Shown one piece after another: positions 9,989-17,979 of a stretch of DNA of 40,708 nucleotides (its first letter is position 1; every line of letters starts with the position of its first letter). The notes beneath the pieces are model-generated. The model did no database searches. It saw nothing but the letters and a program-made list of their open reading frames with translations, and had not been told where the DNA came from. The stretch comes from an uncultured beta proteobacterium (lineage in GTDB: Bacteria; Pseudomonadota; Gammaproteobacteria; Burkholderiales; Burkholderiaceae_C), in NCBI GenBank assembly GCA_903925725.1, contig CAIYGK010000250.1:1-40708 (forward strand). The letters run 5' to 3'. The translations under genes and the position numbers were made by a program.

Positions 9989-10417
9989 CTATTCGTTGGC
10001 GGCTTCGAGCTCACGCCACTTGTAGTCGATCACCTCAAGCAGTACACCATTCATCTTCTTCGGATGCACGAAGGCGAACTCGCAGTCCCGAAACGAGCGC
10101 AGACCACCGATCATCGGGTAGCCCAAAGCCTGAATCTCTTCAACCGCTCTTGCTGTGTTGTTGACATTGAAACTGATCAGCATCACGCCTTCGCCGCGCT
10201 TCTCAATGAACTTGGCGACATCGCCGTCCGACGTCGTCGATTCCATCAGCTCAAAACCGACGCCACCAAGCCAGTAGCGTGCGACCCGGATTTTCTCGGG
10301 CTCATCGACGTAGGCATCGTCGGGCGCCGTCTTGCCCAGCATCGGCTCCCAGATCTTGCGTGCTTCATCGAGGTTGCGCACAGCGATGCAAATGTGATCG
10401 ATCTTGTTGACTTTCAT
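9989..10417 (-). CDS. VOC-family protein, methylmalonyl-CoA-epimerase-like
   Basis: IDHICIAV, FELMES, KFIEKRGEG, AFVHPK..NGVLLE; GAGGAG RBS. Confidence 0.88.
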   Translation of the reverse strand: MKVNKIDHICIAVRNLDEARKIWEPMLGKTAPDDAYVDEPEKIRVARYWLGGVGFELMESTTSDGDVAKFIEKRGEGVMLISFNVNNTARAVEEIQALGYPMIGGLRSFRDCEFAFVHPKKMNGVLLEVIDYKWRELEAANE

Positions 10418-10432
10418 TCCTTGCTCCTCGGT

Positions 10433-10500
10433 TGTTCATGTGGTGCGGATCGTCGAAATAGGGCTACGCCGGGCGTGTCGCTGACGATCCGTCACGAACA
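10433..10500 (-). other. Predicted long stem-loop in the 5' leader of the VOC-bamC-bamB-marR-abm operon
   Basis: Inverted repeats CGGATCGTC (10446-10454) / GACGATCCG (10483-10491) and TGTTCATG (10433-10440) / CACGAACA (10493-10500); the second pair has one G-U in the minus-strand RNA. Confidence 0.6.
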
Positions 10501-10508
10501 TGAGAAAA

Positions 10509-10524
10509 AGTATACCATGGTGTA
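10509..10524 (-). promoter_or_regulatory. Putative extended -10 promoter (TGgTATACT) overlapped by the palindrome TATACCATGGTGTA
   Basis: Minus strand reads CCATGGTATACT. The near-perfect 14-bp palindrome is at 10511-10524 in the AT-rich divergent intergenic region. Confidence 0.5.
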
Positions 10525-10635
10525 AACTATTCATGTCTATATTATAGTTGGCCTGTAGGGGTTTGCACTATTGGCATGCATGCAGGCAGCGTCTCTAATG
10601 TCGGAAACTAAAATCATTGATGAGCAGGTAACACG

Positions 10636-12258
10636 ATGAACAAAAGTGCCCATGTTGATCGCTTCATTCTTGACAGCATGCCACCGCCTGAGCAGTGGCC
10701 GGAGTTCATTTTCGAGACACCGGAGCTGCAATTCCCGCAGCGCATGAATGCCACAGCATGGCTGCTGGATCGCGCAGTTGCTGAGGGAGACGGTGAGCGC
10801 GTTGCCATCATCAGCAATGAGCTTCGCTGGACCTATCGAGAGTTGCAGCGGCAGGTCAATCGGCTGGCGCGCCTTTTGACAGAAGATCTTGGCGTACAGA
10901 CGGGCAATCGCGTGCTGCTGCGTGGCATGAACTCTCCCTGGATGGCGGCGGGATGGCTGGCCATCTGGAAAACGGGGGCAGTCGCGGTCGGCACGATGCC
11001 CTTGCTGCGCGCCAAGGAACTCAGGCAGATTGTCCAGCTAGCCAATATCAGCCACGCTTTTTGCGAAGCATCGCTGGTTGCGGAACTTGATCTGGCTGCA
11101 TCGGACTGTCCGCAGTTGAAGCACGTTCAGCTCTACGACAACGATGAGATCAGGCAACGTCTGGCTACCAAGTCTGCCGAGTTTGAAGCAGTTGATACCG
11201 CCGCTGACGATCCAGCCCTGGTTGCTTTCACTTCCGGCACCACCGGTGTACCCAAAGGCTGTATCCACACCCATCGGGACATACTCGCCATGTGCGAGGT
11301 GGTTCCGCGCCACTGCCTGAAACCGAGCCGCGATGACGTCTTCATTGGCACGCCACCGCTGGCCTTCACCTTTGGTCTGGGCGGACTTTTGTGTTTCCCG
11401 ATGCACGCGCGGGCCAGCACAGTGCTTCTGCCCAAGCTGCCACCTGAGGCGTTGATCGCCGCCATGGAGAAGTACCACGCGACCCTGTGCGTCACTTCAC
11501 CAACCGGCTATCGGCAAATGACGCCGCTGGTCAAACAACACGATCTGAGTTCACTCAAGAAGTGCCTTTCCGCTGGCGAAGCGCTTCCAGTGCCGACACG
11601 TGACCAGTGGCGCGCTGCCACGGGCATCCAGATCCACGACGGCGTCGGCGGCACCGAGGTGATCCACATCTATATTGCATCCGACCCTGACAATTACCGT
11701 GTTGGCGCACTCGGCAAACCGCTGCCCGGCTACCGTGCGATGCTGGTCGACAAGGACATGTACCCTGTGCCCCCCGGCGAGGAAGGCTGGCTCGCTCTCA
11801 AAGGGCCAACGGGTTGCCGCTACCTCGCCGACAAGCGCCAGGCCGACTATGTGCGCCAAGGCTGGAACATCACTGGCGACACCTATCACACTGATTCAGA
11901 TGGCTACTACTACTTCCACGCCAGAGTTGACGACATCATCGTTACCTCCGGATACAACGTGGCCAGCCCGGAAGTCGAATCGGTGCTGCTGGAGCACCCA
12001 GCTGTCGCTGAGTGCGGGGTCATCGGTGCGCCCGATCCTGATCGGGGCCAGGTCCTGAAGGCATTTGTCGTCCTGAAACCCGGTCGAAAGGGCGATGGCC
12101 AACTGATCAAGGAACTTCAGGACTTTGTCAAGAACAATGCCGCACCCTACAAATATCCGCGCATCGTCAGCTTTGTCGATGCGCTGCCGCGCACCGAGAC
12201 AGGCAAGTTGCAGCGTTTCAGGTTGAAGGAAATCAAGGAGCCAAGTCGGTCCGCCTGA
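10636..12258 (+). CDS. 2-aminobenzoate-CoA ligase (benzoate-CoA ligase family)
   Basis: SAHVDRF..D.MPPPEQWPEF N-terminus, FTSGTTGVPKG, PPLAFTFGLGG, PYKYPR, LPRTETGKLQR; divergent from the abm genes. Confidence 0.88.
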   Translation: MNKSAHVDRFILDSMPPPEQWPEFIFETPELQFPQRMNATAWLLDRAVAEGDGERVAIISNELRWTYRELQRQVNRLARLLTEDLGVQTGNRVLLRGMNSPWMAAGWLAIWKTGAVAVGTMPLLRAKELRQIVQLANISHAFCEASLVAELDLAASDCPQLKHVQLYDNDEIRQRLATKSAEFEAVDTAADDPALVAFTSGTTGVPKGCIHTHRDILAMCEVVPRHCLKPSRDDVFIGTPPLAFTFGLGGLLCFPMHARASTVLLPKLPPEALIAAMEKYHATLCVTSPTGYRQMTPLVKQHDLSSLKKCLSAGEALPVPTRDQWRAATGIQIHDGVGGTEVIHIYIASDPDNYRVGALGKPLPGYRAMLVDKDMYPVPPGEEGWLALKGPTGCRYLADKRQADYVRQGWNITGDTYHTDSDGYYYFHARVDDIIVTSGYNVASPEVESVLLEHPAVAECGVIGAPDPDRGQVLKAFVVLKPGRKGDGQLIKELQDFVKNNAAPYKYPRIVSFVDALPRTETGKLQRFRLKEIKEPSRSA

Positions 12259-12266
12259 CACTCCTC

Positions 12267-14396
12267 ATGAGCAAATCCGTCACAGAGAGATACAAGATCG
12301 GCATTGACGTCGGCGGCACGTTTACCGACTTCGCCCTGATGGGCAGCAAGGGCCGCTCGGTCGTACACAAGCAATTGTCAACACCGGCCGACCCGTCAAT
12401 CGCCGTGATGGAAGGCCTCGTCGCACTTGCGCAGGCCGAGGGCTTGAGCTTCGATGCATTTTTGAGCCAGGTATCACTGATCGTGCACGGCACGACAGTG
12501 ACAACCAACGCGGTGCTCACCGGCCGCACCGCACGCACCGCGCTGCTGACGACGCGGGGCTTTCGCGATACGCTGCAGATGCGCCGCGGCGTGCGTGAGA
12601 TGATGTACGACAACCGCTGGCATGCACCTGAGCCCATCGTGCCGCGCCATCTTCGGCTGCCGATCACTGAACGTCTGGATGCCGGTGGCCGCGAACTCGT
12701 GGCGCTTGATGTGGCAGATGTTGAATCGGCCATCCGGACCCTGCGCGAGCAAGGCATCGAGGCGGTGGCAATCTGCTTTCTGCACTCCCATGGCAGCGCC
12801 GCACACGAGGAGGCGGTCGCGCGTCTGGTGGAGCAGGCGCTGCCGCAGGCCTACATGTCGGTATCCTCGCGCGTCTTGCCGCAAGTGCGGTTTTATGAGC
12901 GCACCAGCACTACGGTACTTAACGCCGGTGTCGGACCGATCCTCGCGCACTATCTGGATCGGCTGGATGCCCGCCTGCGCGAGGCCCAATGGCGTGGCAC
13001 GCTGCTCATCATGCAGTCCAACGGCGGCACTGCCGCGCCGGCCAGTGTGCGGCGCCTAGCCGCCTCAACGCTTTTGTCCGGTCCCGCCGCTGCGCCGGCG
13101 GCAGGGTTGGCATGGATGGCGCCAACGCGCAAGAAAAGCTTCATCACCGTCGACATGGGCGGCACCAGCTTCGACGCCGCTCTGGTTCAGGGCGGCGAGC
13201 CTGCCGTTACCACGGCTGGCCACGTCAACCGCTTCGCGATGGCGCTGCCCAGCATGGAAATCAACACCATCGGCGCCGGAGGAGGGTCGATCGCCTGGAT
13301 CGACGATGGCGGTCTGCTGCACATGGGTCCGCAAAGCGCCGGAGCCGATCCTGGTCCGGCGTGCTATGGCAGGGGAGGTACCGAGCCCACGTGCACTGAC
13401 GCCAACCTGGTGCTCGGATATCTGTCGGCCAGCTACTTTGCTGGTGGGCGTTTGCAACTGGACGAGATCGCCGCGCGCAGCGCTATCGAGCAACGCATCG
13501 CCACGCCGCTGAAGCTGTCCGTAGTTGAAGCGGCGCAGGGCATGTTCCACGTCATCAACGTGGCGATGGCCGCTGCCATCCGCGAAATATCGGTGCAAAA
13601 GGGTTTCGACCCGCGTGAGTTTCCACTGGTGTGCGCCGGCGGCGCCGGGCCACTGCATGGAGCGGCGATCGCCGATGAACTCGGCATCGAGCGCGTCTTC
13701 GTGCCGCGCGAGTCTTCCGTGTTCTGTGCATCAGGGATGCTGCACAGTGACCTCAAGCACGATCACGTGCGCAGCTTTGCGCGCGTGCTGCATCCACCCG
13801 GTCCCGACCGCGTGCAGGTGCGCACGGGTGTGCGTACCTTGCTGCGCGAGATGCGCGCGCAGGGCCGCAGCGCGTTGAACGCGGAGGGTATCGCGCCCGA
13901 ACGCCAGCAGTTGCGCCACGCGCTGGATCTGCGTTACACGGGCCAGTATCACGAGGTCACGGTCGATGTGCCAACCGACCTGCTCGACCACGCCGATTGG
14001 GCAGCCGTGGCCGAACTCTTTCACAGCCAGCACGACCGGCTCTACGGCTATGCTCTGCGCGAAGAAGGCACACCCGTCGAACTGCTCAGCCTTCGTGTGG
14101 CCGCCGTCGGTATCACCGACAAACCGGCGCTCAGGCGCCAGCCGCGCACGGCGTCTGCACCGCGTGTTGCGCTCAAGGGGCGGCGCGCGGTTTACCTGCC
14201 CGGACACACAGCCAGTATCCAGGTTCCGGTCTACGACGGTGAAAAGCTGCTGCACGGCCACCAATTCAACGGACCGGCGCTGATTGAAAGCGCCAATACC
14301 AGCATCCTGGTCCCCACCGGCTGGGCCGCAGAGATTGACGCGCTCGGCAGTTGTGTGCTGAGCGTGCGTCCCGGAGCAAAGAGGTCAGCCCAATGA
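12267..14396 (+). CDS. Hydantoinase/oxoprolinase alpha (ATP-binding) subunit
   Basis: IDVGGTFTD, HGTTVTTNA, LLSGPAA, DMGGTSFD, IGAGGGSI, SAGADPGPACYG. Confidence 0.95.
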   Translation: MSKSVTERYKIGIDVGGTFTDFALMGSKGRSVVHKQLSTPADPSIAVMEGLVALAQAEGLSFDAFLSQVSLIVHGTTVTTNAVLTGRTARTALLTTRGFRDTLQMRRGVREMMYDNRWHAPEPIVPRHLRLPITERLDAGGRELVALDVADVESAIRTLREQGIEAVAICFLHSHGSAAHEEAVARLVEQALPQAYMSVSSRVLPQVRFYERTSTTVLNAGVGPILAHYLDRLDARLREAQWRGTLLIMQSNGGTAAPASVRRLAASTLLSGPAAAPAAGLAWMAPTRKKSFITVDMGGTSFDAALVQGGEPAVTTAGHVNRFAMALPSMEINTIGAGGGSIAWIDDGGLLHMGPQSAGADPGPACYGRGGTEPTCTDANLVLGYLSASYFAGGRLQLDEIAARSAIEQRIATPLKLSVVEAAQGMFHVINVAMAAAIREISVQKGFDPREFPLVCAGGAGPLHGAAIADELGIERVFVPRESSVFCASGMLHSDLKHDHVRSFARVLHPPGPDRVQVRTGVRTLLREMRAQGRSALNAEGIAPERQQLRHALDLRYTGQYHEVTVDVPTDLLDHADWAAVAELFHSQHDRLYGYALREEGTPVELLSLRVAAVGITDKPALRRQPRTASAPRVALKGRRAVYLPGHTASIQVPVYDGEKLLHGHQFNGPALIESANTSILVPTGWAAEIDALGSCVLSVRPGAKRSAQ

Positions 14397-16153
14397 AGCG
14401 CGATGCTATCCAGGTCTCGGTGCTGCAGCGGCGCCTGAAATCCATCACCGAGGAGATGGGCCTGACGCTGTTGCGCACAACGCGCTCGCCGATTCTCAAT
14501 GAGGCGCGCGACTTTGTCACAGGCCTGTACGATGCCAAGGGCCGCATGCTGGAGCAGACCGAATACATACCGGTGCTGGCCTTCGCGCTGCAGCCCGCCT
14601 GCGAAAACGTGGTGCGCTTTTTCGGGGACGACATCCATCCGGGCGACGTCATCCTGCACAACGACGTGTTCAGTGGCGGCAACCAGAACAACGATGTCGC
14701 CGTCTTCAAACCGATCTTCGACGGCAAGACCTTGGTCGCATGGGCCGCCTGCAAGGGTCACCAGGCCGATATCGGTGGCGCCGTGCCCGGTGGCTACAAC
14801 CCGGAAGCGCGCGAGGTCTGGCAGGAGGCATTGCGCATTCCGGCTGTGAAAGTTCTTGAGCGAGGCAAGCTTCGACGCGATGTCTGGAACCTGATATTCG
14901 CCAATATCCGGCTGAAGATCGTCGAAGAGGACATCAAGGCGCAGATCGGTGGCTGCACGGTCGGTGAGCGGGGCTTTCACGAGTTGTTGGCACGTTTCGG
15001 ACGGCCCACACTACAGCGGCTGCTCGAGGACCTTTTTGACAGCAGCGAGCAGATGGTACGCTCAGAGATTGCGGCCATCCCTGACGGCCGCTACCGTGGT
15101 GATTCCACGGTCTTTTACGACGGCGTCACCGATGGCAGCACGATGCAGATCGCGCTCGCGGTGACCGTTCAGGGCAATGGCATCACGTTTGATTTCAGTG
15201 GCTCGTCGCCACAGACGCCAGGCTTCGTCAATGCCCCTCATGCTGCCACGGCATCGGCGCTGCTGCTGACCTTCCTGATGCTGATCAACCCGGAGATTCC
15301 GCACAACGCCGGCATCCTGCGGCCGATCAAGATCATCAACCCCGAGGGCTCCTTCCTCAACGCACGGTTCCCGGCAGCCACCACGTTCGGCAATTCAATC
15401 ACAGGACCGACTTCGGACGCCGTCTTTCGCGCCATGGCACAGGCGCTGCCAAAGGTGGTCACCGCAGGCTGGAACCGCTTCCTTGGCTTTGCCGTCTCAG
15501 GCGACGACCCGCGGCACGCGAACCACCGACGCTATGCCGATATCCTGTTTCTGTCTCTCAAGGGCGGATCCGGTGCGACACACGGCGCAGACGGCTATGA
15601 CCACATCGGCCTGATCAACTGCGCCGGCGGCATTCTGGCGCAGGATTACGAGATGTTCGAGATTCACAACCCACACTTGCTGCGCAAGCACGAATACCTG
15701 AGCGACAGTGCTGGCGCTGGTCAGTGGCGTGGTGGCCTGGGTGTCGAGACCGAGTTCGAGATGCTTGGCGACAACGTGACCGGTGTCGCTTTTGGCGATG
15801 GCATTGAGGAAGCTGCGCGAGCCTTTGGTTTCTTCGGTGGCGGGGCCGGCTCGCGCAATGCCATCGTGCTGACCTATCCCGACGGCAGCCAGCGGCGGGT
15901 GAAGTCCAAGGAAATCATTCGCGGGATCCCGCCCGGTACCGTATTCCACCAGCTCGCCGGCGGCGGCGGCGGCTATGGCGATGCCTTTGATCGGCCAGCC
16001 GAACTGGTCGCGACCGACGTGCGCGCCGGGGTGGTCAGTGTGCAGGCGGCAGGCGAAGACTACGGAGTGGTCGTCGATGCCGGCAATGGTGTGGTTGACA
16101 CCGCTGGCACGGCGCGCCTGCGTGCGCGACGCAAACCCAGGAGCACGGCATGA
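14393..16153 (+). CDS. Hydantoinase/oxoprolinase beta subunit
   Basis: EMGLTL.RT.RSPILNEARDF, HQADIGGAVPG, DSAGAGQWRGGLG, GGGGGYGD; ATGA overlap with the alpha subunit. Confidence 0.95.
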   Translation: MKRDAIQVSVLQRRLKSITEEMGLTLLRTTRSPILNEARDFVTGLYDAKGRMLEQTEYIPVLAFALQPACENVVRFFGDDIHPGDVILHNDVFSGGNQNNDVAVFKPIFDGKTLVAWAACKGHQADIGGAVPGGYNPEAREVWQEALRIPAVKVLERGKLRRDVWNLIFANIRLKIVEEDIKAQIGGCTVGERGFHELLARFGRPTLQRLLEDLFDSSEQMVRSEIAAIPDGRYRGDSTVFYDGVTDGSTMQIALAVTVQGNGITFDFSGSSPQTPGFVNAPHAATASALLLTFLMLINPEIPHNAGILRPIKIINPEGSFLNARFPAATTFGNSITGPTSDAVFRAMAQALPKVVTAGWNRFLGFAVSGDDPRHANHRRYADILFLSLKGGSGATHGADGYDHIGLINCAGGILAQDYEMFEIHNPHLLRKHEYLSDSAGAGQWRGGLGVETEFEMLGDNVTGVAFGDGIEEAARAFGFFGGGAGSRNAIVLTYPDGSQRRVKSKEIIRGIPPGTVFHQLAGGGGGYGDAFDRPAELVATDVRAGVVSVQAAGEDYGVVVDAGNGVVDTAGTARLRARRKPRSTA

Positions 16154-16584
16154 CTTCGGCGACGACGACACCGCCCCCCTACATTGACCACATCGGCATC
16201 ATCGTCTCCGATCTTGATCAGGCGGTCAAAAGGCTGAGCCCCTTGTTCGGGACTCCGGCAAGAATCAAGGAACTCACCGAGGTCGGCCTGCGCGTGGCCG
16301 AGTTCGACGCTGCCAATGTGGTCATCGAATTGCTGCAATACACCAGCGCTACAAGGGGCTTCGCGCAACAGGTAATGGGTGAGCGGCTCGGATTGAATCA
16401 CCTGTCGGCACGGGTGACCGATGTGGAGCAGTCGATCACCACCTTGCAGCAAAGCGGCTTTACGCCGATGGCCGGTTTTCCACGTCAGGGGGCGCATGGC
16501 CGGGTCGCTTTTTTCGAGCCTGACGCCGTGACTGGCTTGCTGTTTGAAGTTTGCCAGCTTGACGCGAAGGAGCACCCCACATGA
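16150..16584 (+). CDS. VOC-family protein, methylmalonyl-CoA-epimerase-like
   Basis: IDHIGIIV, IELLQ, GLNHLS, GAHGRVAFF.P, GLLFEV; ATGA overlaps at both ends. Confidence 0.87.
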   Translation: MTSATTTPPPYIDHIGIIVSDLDQAVKRLSPLFGTPARIKELTEVGLRVAEFDAANVVIELLQYTSATRGFAQQVMGERLGLNHLSARVTDVEQSITTLQQSGFTPMAGFPRQGAHGRVAFFEPDAVTGLLFEVCQLDAKEHPT

Positions 16585-17963
16585 TGGCCGCACAGGATCC
16601 GCAACGCCGGCTCTGGAACGAGCGCGTCGAGTTGATGTCGCACGACGAAATGCGCGCGCTGCAGCTCTCGCGGCTGCAGCGACAAGTCGCCTACAACCAC
16701 GCGCATTCGCCCTATTACCGCGAACGGCTCGACGCGGCTGGCATCGCGCCTCGCGATATTTCGAGCTTCGACGATTTCACCCATGTGCCCTTGATGGACA
16801 AGGTCGAACACAGGCGCGTGCAGGAGGAGTCGCTCGTGCGCCACGGCACGCCCTTCGCCTTGCTGGCCTGTGCGCCACGGGAAAAAATCGTTCGCGTTAG
16901 CGCTACTTCTGGCACCACCGGCATGCCTACGCTGTACACACTCACCGCGCACGACGTTGCGGTGGTCAACGAGATGCATGCACGCAAATACTGGCGTGCT
17001 GGCATACGGCCCGGGCACGTGATGGTGCAGGCGCTGTCTTTGTCGATGTTCACCGGCGGACTACCGCTTTCACAGGGCATACAGCATCTGGGCGCCTGCG
17101 TGGTGCCCGTCGGCATCGAAGGGGGTACGCAGCGGGTGCTCGACTTTGCTCACCTGACCCGGCCCGACGCGCTGATCGCCACGCCCTCCTTTGGACAGTA
17201 CCTGATAGAACAATGTCCCACGCTCACGGGCAAGCCTGCCAACGAGCTGGGCTTTCGTTGGTTCTTCTGCGCCGGTGAACCCGGTGGCGGCAACCCGGGC
17301 CTGCGCCGGCTGCTGGCCGATGGTTTCGATGCCAAGGTGTTTGACCACACCGGGGGCGGCCACGCCTTTCACGGCATCTCATGCGACGAATCACCCGACG
17401 AATACAAGGGCATGCACTTCACATCTGAAGACCATTGCCTGCTGGAGCTGGTCGACCCGCATACGCACGCGCCGATCGCGCTGGCTGAGGGTGCCGTTGG
17501 CGAGATGGTATTTACGTTCCTGGATTGGGAGGGCGGGCCCTTCATGCGCTATGCGCTGGGCGACCTGATCCAGGTCTGGACCAAGCCGTGCAGCTGCGGC
17601 ATGCCAGGTCTGCGCTTCAAGATCGTGGGGCGCACAGACGACATGCTGATCATCAAGGGCGTGAACCTGTACCCCGAGGCGATTCGCCAGGTGCTGATGG
17701 GCTTTGCACCGCGTGTGACGGGGAGCTTTCGCATCCGCTTGCGCGAACCGGGTCCCAAGGTCGTGCCACCACTGCACTTGCGCATCGAACATGGTCCCGA
17801 CCTTGCCCAAGCCGATCTGCCAGAACTTGAAGCCCAGTTGCAGACCCGAATGCGCTCTGAACTGCGTGTTGCGCCACTGATCGAGTGGCTGGCACCCGGC
17901 ATACTGCCGCGCGAGGCACACAAGACGAAGTTCATCGAGATCGTCGGTGACGTTGGCCACTGA
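16581..17963 (+). CDS. Phenylacetate-CoA ligase (PaaK) family aryl-acetate CoA ligase
   Basis: ATSGTTGMP, AGIRPG, AGEPGG, RYALGD, GRTDDMLIIKGVNLYP. Confidence 0.9.
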   Translation: MMAAQDPQRRLWNERVELMSHDEMRALQLSRLQRQVAYNHAHSPYYRERLDAAGIAPRDISSFDDFTHVPLMDKVEHRRVQEESLVRHGTPFALLACAPREKIVRVSATSGTTGMPTLYTLTAHDVAVVNEMHARKYWRAGIRPGHVMVQALSLSMFTGGLPLSQGIQHLGACVVPVGIEGGTQRVLDFAHLTRPDALIATPSFGQYLIEQCPTLTGKPANELGFRWFFCAGEPGGGNPGLRRLLADGFDAKVFDHTGGGHAFHGISCDESPDEYKGMHFTSEDHCLLELVDPHTHAPIALAEGAVGEMVFTFLDWEGGPFMRYALGDLIQVWTKPCSCGMPGLRFKIVGRTDDMLIIKGVNLYPEAIRQVLMGFAPRVTGSFRIRLREPGPKVVPPLHLRIEHGPDLAQADLPELEAQLQTRMRSELRVAPLIEWLAPGILPREAHKTKFIEIVGDVGH

Positions 17964-17979
17964 ACAAGGAGCACACTCC

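Noticed and set aside
10549-10587. Possible sigma-54 promoters (TGGC...TTGC)
   Set aside because: GG-to-GC spacing is 11 or 13 nt, not the required 10.
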